A stretch of DNA of 63,869 bases, the filler included, from Octopus bimaculoides (taxonomy: Eukaryota): assembly GCF_001194135.2 (NCBI RefSeq). It is 5 parts of 5 records of this genome, joined end to end, with 100 filler letters (N's around TTAATTAATTAA, not from the genome) between each part and the next. Parts side by side here need not be neighbours in the genome. Positions count along the whole stretch, not along the records: positions 21,375 to 33,619 come from NC_068987.1; positions 33,720 to 50,925 come from NC_068995.1; 3 more parts are not named here. The stretch is one strand, 5' to 3'. The notes under the pieces were generated by a model, which saw only the letters and a program-made list of their open reading frames with translations, was not told where the DNA came from and searched no databases. The position numbers were made by a program, and so were the translations under genes. Shown here in pieces: positions 24,831-38,619 of the stretch; the first letter of the stretch is position 1; every line of letters starts with the position of its first letter.

Positions 24831-25753
24831 AACCATTTCCTCCCGTTTTCTGTTACAATATTTCAATGAGATATCCTTGTTTTATCTCCTTTAAGAACAC
24901 CCAGACGCCCACATACTATTTTATTCCACCCTCGCAACTTCGCACTTACAGATATCCACTCTCTATTTCTTCACCCCCATCTCTCCCTTTCTTTCGTATA
25001 CTAAAGTACATCTGGTGGTATTTGTGGTGGCGGTCATCGTTGTGGATCTCCGTCGTTCGACGATGAAGAATAGATTGTTCAAACGAATTATTTGCACCTG
25101 AATTGATGTGTAAGTGACTGAATATTTCACAGACGCATGTATTCTCAATGTAATTCTCAGACAGAATTAACGTGGCAAAATGTGACTAGGTTCTATGTTT
25201 GAATTACAGTACAATCCGACTGATAGGCTTCTATACAGTTTCCGACTTCCCAGTTTTAGTAAGAAGTTATAGGTCGACAAAAAAAACAAAAAGAAGACAT
25301 TTAGCCAAGATGGTACATAATTGTATTGAGCCCTTGTGAAAACGAAGCGAAAGTTTTAACCATTTGGCCATACTAGGCCTACGAAAGTACATCAAAACTC
25401 TATAAACGACAGTACAAGATAATCAAGGAACCTCTATGTGGTTATGCGATCTGCTAGAAACAGCAACCAAATCTCAGCCAAATCACACTGTACTGTTTTA
25501 AAAAATACATTGGTTGACGGGGGTCTTCTTGTGTTTCCTGTATAAAGGAAGAAAAAAATAAACAGAATAGTTCACGGCTGGAATACCTTTGTCCCCATGT
25601 CTATTCGATTATGGCTGATCTAGGGTTAAACAACAAGAAAAACAACAGCACTAACAACATAATAAAAGTTGTAATATTTCGTCTTTCATGTTTGCATTAC
25701 ATTTCTGCTCTCATTCACATATTTAAGCAGGCTTTCTCTCAACAGACATATTT

Positions 25754-25759
<6 letters not shown>

Positions 25760-25793
<34 letters not shown>

Positions 25794-26990
25794 CGTAGTC
25801 TTTCTCTCTCTCTCTCTCTCTCTCTGACACACATATTCAGTCTGCTTTCTTCACAAAGACAGTCTCTCTCACACAGACGTACGGTTTCTCTCGCAGACAG
25901 ATGTATAGTTCTTTCTAACACACATATATAATCCTTCTTACAGTCTCTCTCACACATACAGAGTCTCTTTCACGCATACAGTGTCTCTCTCACACATACA
26001 GTGTCTCTCTCTCTCTCTCTCTCTCACAAGCACGTACCATCTCTCTCACACATGTATATAACCTTTCTCACGCAGAGATTTAAAGTGTCTCTTTTACAAA
26101 CATACACAGTCTCATTCTCTTACACATACAGTCTTTTTTCATACTCATATACGGCCTCCCTCTCATAGTTATACACTCTCTCACAGATATACAGTCTCTC
26201 TCTCACACATAATCTTTCTCACACAGAGCTATACGGTCTCTCACTTACAAACATATACAGTCACTCTCTCTCGCACATGGCCTCTCTCTCATACTTATAC
26301 AGTCTCTCACATATATACAGGGTGTCCGAGAAAAAGTTACCCATTGATATTTATTTAATTATTCAAAATAAACTTAAGGTAGGATAATGAAATTTGGCAC
26401 ACAAGTTCTAATCTAAGTTGTCAATCCATTGCAGTAATTACATTTCAAAATGACCACCTTTTGCCTTGATCATAGCCCGTAAACAAGTAGTCACTGAGTT
26501 CTTTGAGCACCGTACCACCTCTTCATTCAACTTGACCTATGAAGACAGAAAGGCTTTCTTCAGCTCTGATATATTTGAATAGGAGGAGCTGCACGCATGT
26601 GCAGTCTCTCTTTCACACATATACCGTCCTTCTCTCAAGCACATATTTACTCTTTCTCACACAGAGATATACAGTCTGTCTCTTACAAACGTACAGTCTC
26701 TTTTTCTCGGGAATACAGTCTTTTTTCATACTCATATATGGCCTCTCTTTCACACGTACATCCTCTCACAGATATACAGCCTCTCTCATGTGTGCACTCT
26801 CTCTTTCACACATATACAGTCCTTCTCTCACACACGTAATCTTTCTCATGCAGAGGTATAGACTCTCTCCTACAAACATACACAATCACTTTCTCTCTCT
26901 CTCTCACACACACACACGCATATATACACATTTTCCTTCACACGCATGTGCAGTCTCTCTTTCATGTATATCAACATATCTCAGTGCCCC
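25760..26990. repeat. CT/CA-rich composite minisatellite, split by a Tc1/mariner end
   Basis: Recurring CACATATACAGTCTCTCTC-type units on both sides of 26318-26590. Confidence 0.75.
26318..26590 (-). mobile_element. Tc1/mariner 3'-end fragment with TIR
   Basis: TA|CAGGGTGTCCGAGAAAAAGTTACC; minus strand encodes ...LRAMIKAKGGHFE-type C-terminus. Confidence 0.7.
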
Positions 26991-27544
26991 AATAACCATA
27001 GGTATAAACCTGAACTTGTAATCTGGGAAGAGTAACTGTTGATTTCATAACAGTTCAACATAGGTATTTTCCTTTTCACTGATCTTTAGCTTTATGCTAA
27101 CATTCGCTCGGCAGCAGATTTCCACAACTGAACAGTTTCTCTTGTCTATCTCAAATCACTATGTCAAGTCTCTTATGCTTACATTTTAGTGACGTTTTCA
27201 CTGGGACATTCCGCCAGTACTCCTTTTTATTATGAGTGGCTATTGCTTCTACAATACTATGGGTTCTTATTTCTTTGGTCTCAGGGTCATCCCTTTCAAC
27301 TGATCTCATTACGCAGTGTCTTGACTACACCATCATGTCTCATCAGTAGATAATACTGTGATGACATTTTCGGACAACTTATATATTTCATTGCATGTAT
27401 GTACGTACGTACGTACGTACGTATGTATGCATGTATGTATGTATGTATGTATGTATGCATGCATGCATGCATGTATATGTATGTATGTATGTATGCATGT
27501 ATGTATGTATGCATGTATGCATGTATGTATATATACGTCATCAT

Positions 27545-28035
27545 TGTCATCATCCAGTCGTGCTTATTGCTTGGATCACCGTGACTCGTTCTCTCCAAGC
27601 CATTCGGGTCGTCATTACACGTGGTAGGTCTTCTCGGGTGCACTCGGAGTCCTTGCACAGTCTTTTTCTATGTAGGTTCGACGTGGTCTACAAACATTTG
27701 CGTACCTATGCTTCGGTTTCCAAAGAAGGACATCACTGATCATCTTATCCATTGCTCTCCAGCAATGTCCAGCAAATCTTTCTCTGATGACGTGTAATAT
27801 TGGTGGTAAATTACCATTGCGAGGCTCTTTCATAGGATGTTGTCTCCAAGAGATGTCCAGAACAGCCCGAAGCATTCTTGTATAAGTTCCGTCGGTTTTC
27901 ATTCCAAGACGCTTTTTTTAAGTCCATATTGTACATCCGTACAACAGAACTGACTGCACAACTGCCTGAAAGAATTTACATTTCAAATTTAATGGAAGCT
28001 TAGCTTTCCAGACCATTGATAATTTATTTTAAGTT
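27545..28035 (-). mobile_element. RTE-clade LINE 3' fragment
   Basis: DGTYTRMLRAVLDISWRQHP...RFAGHCWRA...LLWKP...RPRRTYI; GAT-type tail. Confidence 0.82.
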
Positions 28036-28094
28036 GCCTATACATACATACATACATACATACATACATACATACATACATACATGCATACATA

Positions 28095-28437
28095 CATGAT
28101 GGCGGTCCACTCGTGACCGAGGAAGACCATTGCCGACCTCCAGGAACATTGTGCGCTCTAGGACTAACTTACATTTTGCATTTACGGTTCCGTTGGTGGC
28201 GAACGAGCCTTGCTCTTGACAAGCATACACGACTGCAAACATTGCAGACCAAGCTTTCCCCATTCACTATACGAGCCGTGCGCTTTCGCACAGCTCGCTT
28301 AAGTTCTTCATGCTGGATACGTGCTCTCTCTAAAGTGTCGATTCCCTCCTTAACCTGCTTCCTCCATCCGTGGCGATGACAGGCATTGTTCTCCCAGTCA
28401 GTGTCCTGCATATCACAGGCCTTTAATGAAGACTTGA
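28095..28437 (-). mobile_element. RTE (BovB-like) LINE 3' fragment with C-terminal zinc finger
   Basis: LKACDMQDTDWENNA..RHGWRKQVKEG...LVCNVCSRVCLSRARLVRHQR; (TACA)n on both sides. Confidence 0.82.
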
Positions 28438-28801
28438 CATACATACATACATACATACATACATACATACATACACACATACATACATATATGCATACAT
28501 ACATACAAAAATACATACATACATACATACATACATACTATACATATAAAAATGCTGAGATACAGAAATATAAATTTCTACTAACATACATATATACGGA
28601 AGATCTTAGTATTGTGTCCCATTGTTGTAAAGAAATAAAGCTTTTAACTAAAGACGCTGTTATTTTATATAGTAAGATGCAATACAAAAACACTTCAAAC
28701 AAACNNNNNNNNNNNNNNNNNNNNNNNNNNNNNNNNNNNNNNNNNNNNNNNNNNNNNNNNNNNNNNNNNNNNNNNNNNNNNNNNNNNNNNNNNNNNNNNN
28801 N

Positions 28802-28834
<33 letters not shown>

Positions 28835-30079
28835 GTAGGGGAGGGAACGAGCTAGTCAAAGACACAGTGATGTCAAACATTTTCCTACGTCTTAATATTT
28901 CTTCTTTCTCCCACGTCCACTCTAGAGCGGAAGTTACTTATTTCTTAGTTAATGTATGAATATAAAAACTTCCAAGTGTAGTCAAACAATGACCAGTTAT
29001 TTTATACATACCTTTGGATGAAGAATAATCGCTTTTGTTGCTAACAAGCGATTTGCGTTTTTCAATAGAATTCTGAAATGTTCTCTTTAATTTTGTTGTA
29101 ACCAAATCTCCCGGGGTTTGGTGGGTAATTCTTAGTCATTTGCCATGAGTATCGATTTGTGGTCTTGTTAATAATGTCTTCTTTGATTAATTTATTCATT
29201 ATGCTTTTTCCTGTGTTAAACATGCACTTTGTTACACGCATACTATTATCATTCTGTCTCTCTCTCTCATAACAGTCTACCTCCGTCTCTCTCTCCTAGC
29301 TTTCCTCCTACGCTATCGTATCATTGAATTAAATTTTATACGTCATTTCTTCTGACATATCATTAGACGTTAAGGATTTACGACCAGAAATCCTGTGACG
29401 TCATTTGTATCTACTGAATTAGAATGAAAAGGTAAAAGAGTGTCATTTGAGGAACATTTTGTTGCTCTTTCTAACAAGTTCGACGACCAGTAACTAAGTA
29501 CAGGCTTCGTGTATTTGGTATTATCCTATCCCATGTGTCCTTCATTTCTTTTTAAGCCATAGTTTGATTTGCATGAGATTTGGCTACTGTTTCTAGTCTG
29601 TTAAACAATAACATACAGGATCCCTCGTTGGCACGCATGATCTCATTTTGTTGTTTAACCCTAGGTCACCTTTCCGAGAGCAAACATATACACAAAGACA
29701 TTGATGTCATGACTGTCTTATCTTTTTCTGAGTCATAAGGTATATAGGATTAGATTTTCCAATGTGTATTTAATTTATTTTAAGACTGAATGCGTGATTG
29801 GAGGATGAGTTGGTTACTATTTCTAGCAATTAGAGCGAGTCATTCTCAAAGTTATACTGGTCGTGGAACTCATATTGAAGTCCGGTTTTCGGATTTCTAT
29901 GCTGTGGGACTATGTTGAGAATAGATTGGTATGAGGAAGTCAGTGAGCCAGGTGTTTCGGTAACAAATTATCGTATTACTAAATAACAAGCAGATAGATC
30001 CGGTTTCACTCGGGTTATAAACTCATAGCCTTAACACAGTACACTTTGCTTATAGTGTAATTTGACACCTTCCTTCTAG

Positions 30080-30193
30080 GCATGGTTAGGTAAATATTTC
30101 GTAAAGGACCCGTTCGACTTGCGGCGGGTTTGGAGGTCAGATACTTTGAATGCACTCGAAAAAACTCATGGAAAAAAATTATTTCACGCCGAG
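30080..30193 (+). CDS. Candidate internal exon of an unidentified host gene (AWLGKYFVKDPFDLRRVWRSDTLNALEKTHGKKLFHAE)
   Basis: Acceptor TTTGACACCTTCCTTCTAG|, donor GAG|GTACGA; 114 bp, open phase-0 frame, non-repetitive sequence; product not recognised. Confidence 0.5.
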
Positions 30194-31205
30194 GTACGAA
30201 TGAGTTCTTTACGAAATGTTTACCCATGGTTATTTACTGATACACAAATACACCAGTACAGCGTTTTGTTTGACCTTTCAGCCTTTCTAACATTTTGTTT
30301 ATGCGTTGGTGTACACAAATACACCAGTACAGAAGACCGCAAACGATGAAAGTAGCTGTAATATTGTTTTGGCACCAGACATCGTTACAACGACAGAATG
30401 AAGTGAGAATGATAGAGATACGTCGTGATCGTTGTCATCATCGTCGTCGTTGTCATCGTCGTTGTCGTATAAAATGTGTTCTACTATCTCGTACGCAATG
30501 AACGCGCAAACATACACACTCATATACAAAATGTGACGTTGTCGTCGTCATCGTGGTATAAAATGTCCTTTACTATAGTTGACTATAGAAAGATTATTTT
30601 CGAGAAAATGCTTTATTGTTTCAATCCAAATGAAAATAAAAATTATATGTTGACACTCGCAGGGTGTAATACTATTACCTTGTAAAATTTGATTTGATTT
30701 GATAGGGAACAGAGAGACAGGCAAATAATTTTATATGGAGAGAAATTAAAACGACAGAAGCAGTATTAACACCAATTAAAAGGTAAAATTAATTACCACT
30801 TAAAAGTGGACGTGCTAAAACACACAATACTGCGATATTTACCATGAAAGAGTCTCTCATGTGGATTTGTGGTGTATATGAGCACTCTTGTTTACACTGT
30901 TAACGGGAGACAACCACAGCTTTTTCCGCTGCCAGGACTGCCAGATCTCATCATTTCGGCGTTGTTTGGCACGAAACTAAAAGACGACGATGTAACGGTA
31001 GGACGACATTTACAATTAGATATTTAGCTTTAGAGATTTGAAGCATGCTTTAGTATAAACAGCGTAGGCATAGCATGGCCGGATGGTTAAAATGTTCACT
31101 TCGCAAGTACGATGGCACAAGTAGGATCTCGCAGCATAGCATCTTGGGCAAATGTCCTTTCTATAGCCTCGAGTTGACGTACAACTTCTGAGATAAAATA
31201 TGTAA

Positions 31206-31360
31206 GCAGGCGTGGCTGTGTGGTAAGAAACTTGCTTCCCAACTACATGGTTCCGGGTTTAGTCCCACTGTGTGGCATCTTGGGCAAGTGACGTTTGGCC
31301 TCGGACCCCGACCAAAGTCTTGAAAGTGGATTTTGTAAACGGAAACTGAAAGAAACCCAC

Positions 31361-31395
<35 letters not shown>

Positions 31396-31406
31396 GTGTG
31401 TGTGTG

Positions 31407-31445
<39 letters not shown>

Positions 31446-31680
31446 GTGTGTGTGTTTGTGCCTTTGCGTCTGAGTTTGTCTCCCAATACCGATTGACGAC
31501 TGATGTTGGTGTGTTTACATTCCCGTAACTTAGCGGTTCGGTAAAGAGACGGATAAAATAAGTACCCGACTAAAAATTAAAAACATAGATACTGGGGTGC
31601 GATTCATTCGACTAAATATTCTTCAAACTGGTGCCCCAGCATGGCCGCAGTCTAATGACTGAAACAAGTAAAAGACGAAA
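31206..31680 (+). mobile_element. OR-like CORE SINE with internal (TG)n
   Basis: Same head, core and tail as 22086-22676. Confidence 0.83.
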
Positions 31681-32069
31681 ACAAAAAAGATCGTTGGGTG
31701 GATTGTACCTGTATTCCAAAAGGTACAACCATGTCACACACTTGTGTCACACTTAATCCGCCTGAGAATCCCGTTAAGGGTACATGTCACAACATTCAAC
31801 TGCTTACACGTTAACTAAGGAGGAGGTAACACATTTGATGGAACAACTGAATCCTCCTCGTCGAATGACGGAGATCCACTACTATCAATTCCATGACACC
31901 GGAGTAAATGCTTTTGTTTCTTCTCACCGAGTTAAACACATCCCACTCAAGTCTACTCTACTTTTTTGTGGTGACGTCACCATCTTGGAGTGATGTCACA
32001 GCATCAGATGACATTGTGAGCGTAAAACAACGTCATGGCTTCGAGTGCCATCGATTTCAAATCAACAGA

Positions 32070-32102
32070 ACATTGCTGCTGCTGCTGCTACTGCTGCTGC
32101 CG

Positions 32103-32134
<32 letters not shown>

Positions 32135-32151
32135 GCTACTACTACTACTAT

Positions 32152-32222
<71 letters not shown>

Positions 32223-32227
32223 TAAAC

Positions 32228-32263
<36 letters not shown>

Positions 32264-32389
32264 CCTTTCTATTAAAGGCACAAATGAGTTCAAAACTGGT
32301 GTCCGGAACTCTCGTGTGAAAAAAATTTCGTTGCGCGGCGTGCTAACTATTCTGCCAGCACGCTGCATTAGAAACAAGANNNNNNNNNN

Positions 32390-32429
<40 letters not shown>

Positions 32430-32434
32430 TAAAC

Positions 32435-32470
<36 letters not shown>

Positions 32471-32700
32471 CCTTTCTATTAAAGGCACAAATGAGTTCAA
32501 AACTGGTGTCCGGAACTCTCGTGTGAAAAAAATTTCGTTGCGCGGCGTGCTAACTATTCTGCCAGCACGCTGCATTAGAAACAAGAACAATAATACAACA
32601 GCAGCAGCAGCAGCAATAGTAATAGTAGTAGTAGTAGTAGTAGTAGTAGTAGGAGGAGGAGGAGGAGGAGGAGGAGGAGGGACAGGAGGAAGAGGGGGAG
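32070..32700. repeat. Trinucleotide arrays (GCT, ACT, AAT, AGT, AGG) around a SINE fragment duplicated across an N gap
   Basis: Visible runs; ~32210-32369 repeated at ~32420-32586. Confidence 0.85.
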
Positions 32701-32740
32701 GAGGATCAGAAGCATATTCATCAATTGGCTTATAACAATC

Positions 32741-33150
32741 GATACCGACATTCATCGATCAGGTATATACGTAATTCAAATGATAAACACATATTTATAG
32801 ATTAAGTATACCAATAAATTGATTCAAGAATTCATCGATCAACTACCAGTACACAGAAACAGACATTGATCGATCAGCTATACCATTCAATTGATACCGA
32901 TATTCATTGATCAGCTATAAGAATCGATGCCGATACACATCGATCACGTAGTATACCAATCGGTCATTACAGACATGCGTCGATCAGCTATACCAGTCAA
33001 TTGGTAGACATTCATCGAACAGGTATTCCATTCAACTGATATCGACGTACATAGATTAGCTATACCAATCAATTGATACTGACGTTCATCGATCAACTAT
33101 ACCAATTAATGATAGCGCCATTAATCTATCAGCTACACCAGTCAAATGGT
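32741..33150. repeat. Degenerate ~37-bp minisatellite, consensus ~GACATTCATCGATCAGCTATACCAATCAATTGATACC, about 11 units
   Basis: Repeated ATCGATCAGCTATACCA...CAATTGATA motifs. Confidence 0.8.
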
Positions 33151-33577
33151 AGAAGGTTTGAGCGAGTTAACTTCGGATTGCTTTGTAAATGGTTTCTCTT
33201 GATCGGTATCGATCCTTCAGCTGGCTATTGTCTAATCTAATAATTATTGATCTGGTTTATCCGTAACTCACTTAGCGTGAGATAAATAACGTATTATTTG
33301 ATTTAACAACTGGTTAGACACACACAGACACACACAGACACAGACACAGACACACACACACAACACACACATAGTACACAACACACACATGCACATATAT
33401 ATGCATATATATATATATATTTATGTGTGAGTATACACATATACACACACTTATGTATGTATATACATATATAAGTATGTATATGTGCATATATATGTAT
33501 ATACATATATAAGTATGTATATATATATGTGTATATATATATGTCTATATACAAATATGCATATCTATCTATATCTA

Positions 33578-33608
<31 letters not shown>

Positions 33609-34984
33609 ATATATATATANNNNNNNNNNNNNNNNNNNNNNNNNNNNNNNNNNNNNNNNNNNNTTAATTAATTAANNNNNNNNNNNNNNNNNNNNNNNNN
33701 NNNNNNNNNNNNNNNNNNNAATGGTGCTTACCTTATTGTTTCACCGTTGTCTTTGTAATGTGTGCTATTGACGTAAGAGGTTGTTGTTGGTGATGGTGTT
33801 ATTTGTTGGGTGCTTAGGTTGATGTGTAGGCGGCTGGGTGGAAGGCTGGGTGGGTAGGTAGGCTTGGGAGCTGAGTGGGTGTCTCGCTTGCTGGCTGGTT
33901 GGCTGGCTGGTTGGCTGACTGTCTGCCGCTGGTACTAGGTGAACGTGGAAGAGTTGGAAGAGTAACAGGAAGAGGGAATGAAGAAAGGCACAGGTGATGG
34001 TAGCGGTGATGGTAGAGGCGTGAAAAGAGGTGAGGGTGGCAGTGGAAGTGGAAGAGATGAGGTGAGAAGAAAAAGATGGAGTGGAAGAGAGAGAGAGAGA
34101 GAGAGAGAGAGCTGGCATGAAGAAGACAGAGTGAGTGAAGGAAGCATATGCTGGTGGGTGTGTTTTTGTTGTTGTTAGAGGAGGAGAAAGAGGAGAGCGT
34201 AAGGTGCAGTGTGTGTATGTGTGAGTGTGTGTGTATGTGTGTGTTGTTGGTGGTGGTGTTTGGCCTCAGCTCAGACCAAACCGAACAGACCAATCGCCAA
34301 AGCCATCGGCCCACACCGTAAACCGGCAAGATGACCAAAGAGAAAGATATGCAGCTGAGGGATGAGTGGGGCTCTACGGTGGACTTTATTGAAAGGAAAC
34401 CAACGTCTTAAACAGCGCGCCGGACACGTTATTAAATACGCAAACACATTACAAGTTGATAAACCGAACGAACGATTATTATTGTTGTATGGACATTGCA
34501 AGAACTGATTTGCAAACTCTGGGTAAAAGTGCTACTAACAACAACAATAACGACAACGGCAGCAGCAGAAACAGTAGCAACAGTTGCAGCAGCAGTAGCA
34601 GTAGCAGCAGCAGCAGCAGGATTCGCATTATATGTCAAATAGAAATGTAAGCAAAATTAGTTTCGAGAATGACAGTTTTGTTTGTCATTCTGGACGTGAC
34701 TAAACTCATGCAAGATAGTTCTGGACGTGACTAAACTCATGCAAAACTAAAAGTTTGATAGCGCTATCTAAATTAAAACTTCATCGCTCGAGGAAGGAAT
34801 TCTCTGAAAGTATTAATGAGGAGTGTACCAAGTTTATAGATACTGAAAAATAGAAGAGGATGTTTTAGCTACCGTCAATGGACCGGAAGTTTATCGTGTG
34901 AATCAGTTGAGTGGCCTTCCTCTGGAAGTGGTCTAGGATATGTATTCGTATATATTTATGCATGTGTGTATTGCAACATCACTG

Positions 34985-35190
34985 TCCTAAATGTTGGAGT
35001 AGTAGCCTATTGAGGGCCTCAGCTGAGGTTTGTAAGCAGCTGACGGGGAGGAAATGTTGCTAGCGGTGAAGAGAAAAGCAAGTCTTATTTGCGATCCTAA
35101 TATTCTTACTATAACTAAGGCTGTGCATTCGCCATGAGATATACTAAGATGATAGTGAGGCCACACATTTGGACCCAACACGAATGGGGA
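34985..35190 (-). mobile_element. CR1/L2-like LINE RT C-terminal remnant
   Basis: Minus-strand AYKPQLRPSIGYYSNI resembles the YK.Q.RP..EY.S.IW motif. Confidence 0.5.
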
Positions 35191-35725
35191 GCATTGTAGT
35201 TACCATACGTGATTACTTGTTTTTGTATTATTATTGTAGTGATAGCGTTGGCTGTTCAGAATCTACTCTCAGTCTGTATATCACTTGTTAAAGTATAAAA
35301 TCTCTTAAATGAATAGAAATATTGTTTATTGATTCATCATATATTGGTAAAATATCGATGTCTTTTTTTATTTTTAAATTCAAAGCCATTCTTTCTCCTA
35401 TGCTACGGGTTGTTCGTCCTTAATACATTGCCGTAGTGTCCACAGTCTTTCCACGAACCTTATATGATAATTAATCTCTACTTTTTCCAGTTTATCTGTG
35501 ACTGGATTATGGGTACTCAGTAGCTGTTGGTAAATAGACTTTTTCTAAATGGATGTAACTTTTCATGATAATGACTCAATGAGTGGAGTAACCGCAACAA
35601 CCACTAATACTATCACAGTAACTCAAGAGCGATGACAATGTAGGATTATTATTCACTATAGACAACCACTACAACGTGCACATGCACGTACAAAAACCAC
35701 ATATCTGAACACAAACACACACATA

Positions 35726-36125
35726 AGCGCAGGTGTGGCTGTGTGGTGAGAAGCTTGCTTCTCAACCACATGGTTCCGGGTTCAGTTCCATTACGTGGCA
35801 CCTTGGGTAAGTGTCTTCTACTATAGCCTCGGGCTGACGAGTGGATTTGGTAGACGGAAACTGAAAGAAGCCCGTCGTATGTGTGTGTGTGTGTGTGTGC
35901 TCGTGCGTGTGTGTGTCCTTGTGTCTGTCTCCCCACCATCGCTTGACAACCGATGTTGACGTGTTTAACGTAGTGGTTCAGCAAAAGAGACCGATAGAAT
36001 AAGTATTAGGCTTACAAAGAATAAGTCCCAAGGTCAATTTCTTTGACGAAAACCCATTAAGGTAGTGCTCCGGCATGGCCGTAGTCAAATGACTGAAACA
36101 AGTAAAATGATAAAAGAATAAAAGA
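35726..36125 (+). mobile_element. OR-like CORE SINE with internal (TG)n
   Basis: Same family features as 22086-22676. Confidence 0.83.
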
Positions 36126-38287
36126 ATACACACACAATCAATCAACTACGCATACATTCAATCACAGCGTATAAACTACACACGCCCACATGTTAGCTGA
36201 AACAAAATGCAAATGATAATAAAATAAATGAAATGAAATGACATGGACATGATGAAAAAAACACAGATAGATGTTTGACAAAATAAAGACAAAAAATAAA
36301 GATAATAAAATTAGTTGCAGAATGGGAAATCATTGAAATCACTGATAAGGACTAATCAAGGATCTTGTCTTTCTCATTCGCAAAATGAACCCCGCTTAAT
36401 TTTGCTCAGATTGCTTTCAATTTTGCTGTATCGATCAACCAATTACTTTATCTCGTATATTAAAAAATCTGATGTTATTTGCAATTAAAGTTGGGAAATT
36501 TGGGTAATTTTAACCAACCAACAGACAGCGTGGCATTAGCAGCTTGTTGCCATGACAACTGCACGCTGTGTTGTGGTTCACTGTTGTCTGTGTCGCTGTT
36601 GTCTATGTTGATTTCACCCGCGTATTTTGTTCTAATTTTTCTGTGTTAGTATATTACATATTTTGCTGTGCTTCTGTGCGTTAGTATTTTTCTGTAATTT
36701 TTCTCTGTGTTAGTATTTTTACATATTTTTCATTTCAGATATCTTTGGCACTCATTGACTTAAATAGCTAGAATTATGTTTCACTAGGTTAATTCTATTC
36801 ATAAAAATTTAAACTAGGAGTTAGCTTAGCTTAAAGAGTTAGCTTCACATTTCATCAGCTTAACAGGAACTGAGAGGGATATCGTGGAACAGAGAAACTG
36901 TGGGTGATGCAGATGATTTGACATTATTCTTGAATTCTGCATGCAGAAACATACAAGACACAGGTATTCTTTTCCTTGGGACAAATTCTTTGTTGACCGG
37001 TGTTATTCTTATCGTAGTTTACAAATCCAAGCATGAAAAGGTTTCTCAACTTTGAATTTTTTGAGACAGATACCCACTTTCACACACACACACACACACA
37101 CGAACTTATATATTAATGATGTGCATAAATACATGGCAGGTATATATAATACTGAAGTACACATAAAGTAAACACATGCAGACAAATATATAAATATAAC
37201 GAATTTTAAAAATGATAAAAGCATACAATCAATGAAGAGACAAAAGAAACAGTAAGATGATGCATGTTGATTTTATCAGTTATTTCTGTTTATTTAGAAA
37301 CCTACAACAAACAGGTTAGACGCTAAACTATAAATTTCACAGGGTACAACCTTAAAGTTGACACCGCTCCGTTAAACGCAGAAAATTTCTGCCTCTCTAT
37401 TGACTAAAAGTACCCAGTTTTTTACGATTTTTAAACCTCTGTAACCTTTTTCTCTAATTTTTTTCTCCACAACCTCATACCTTCAAACCAATGAAACTGA
37501 AAGACTACATTATTAAAAAATGCATATTTTGCGAATGAAAAAACTAGATTTCTAATCAATAACTAATTAATTGATTAGTTAATGATATACATGAAGGGGG
37601 TACAATCAGTGAATGTGTTCAGTGGCAGAATGAACCGCCTTCAAAGTATANNNNNNNNNNNNNNNNNNNNNNNNNNNNNNNNNNNNNNNNNNNNNNNNNN
37701 NNNNNNNNNNNNNNNNNNNNNNNNNNNNNNNNNNNNNNNNNNNNNNNNNNNNNNNNNNNNNNNNNNNNNNNNNNNNNNNNNNNNNNNNNNNNNNNNNNNN
37801 NNNNNNNNNNNNNNNNNNNNNNNNNNNNNNNNNNNNNNNNNNNNNNNNNNNNNNNNNNNNNNNNNNNNNNNNNNNNNNNNNNNNNNNNNNNNNNNNNNNN
37901 NNNNNNNNNNNNNNNNNNNNNNNNNNNNNNNNNNNNNNNNNNNNNNNNNNNNNNNNNNNNNNNNNNNNNNNNNNNNNNNNNNNNNNNNNNNNNNNNNNNN
38001 NNNNNNNNNNNNNNNNNNNNNNNNNNNNNNNNNNNNNNNNNNNNNNNNNNNNNNNNNNNNNNNNNNNNNNNNNNNNNNNNNNNNNNNNNNNNNNNNNNNN
38101 NNNNNNNNNNNNNNNNNNNNNNNNNNNNNNNNNNNNNNNNNNNNNNNNNNNNNNNNNNNNNNNNNNNNNNNNNNNNNNNNNNNNNNNNNNNNNNNNNNNN
38201 NNNNNNNNNNNNNNNNNNNNNNNNNNNNNNNNNNNNNNNNNNNNNNNNNNNNNNNNNNNNNNNNNNNNNNNNNNNNNNNNNNNNNNN

Positions 38288-38334
<47 letters not shown>

Positions 38335-38586
38335 CACACACACACACTTACACACATATATATTCACATGCAGACCAACACAAGCACACACATATGCATA
38401 CAAGCAGATGTACTACGTGTGTGTTTATGTATTTCTCTGTTAGTGCTGACCTTGACACATTGTGACGTCTGTTTAATAGTTTATGAAAGCTCTTCGTTCG
38501 CTACATCTAATATGGCAGACAAATTCCTCAGTGTTTACTAAACGAGAGAACGTGAGGCAGAGCGTAGGGGTGAGAGAGCGCGCGAG

Positions 38587-38619
<33 letters not shown>

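Noticed and set aside
32210-32586. Apparent tandem duplication of a SINE fragment plus (ACT)/(AAT) repeats
   Set aside because: Identical copies on either side of a 10-N gap; most likely an unmerged contig overlap
32741-33150. Possible CRISPR-like array
   Set aside because: Units are contiguous and degenerate with no unique spacers; eukaryotic context with no cas genes
34333-34411. MTKEKDMQLRDEWGSTVDFIER, resembling an SLC6 transporter N-terminus
   Set aside because: Stops after 26 codons, lacks the following GLGNVWRFPY-type motif and has no convincing donor site
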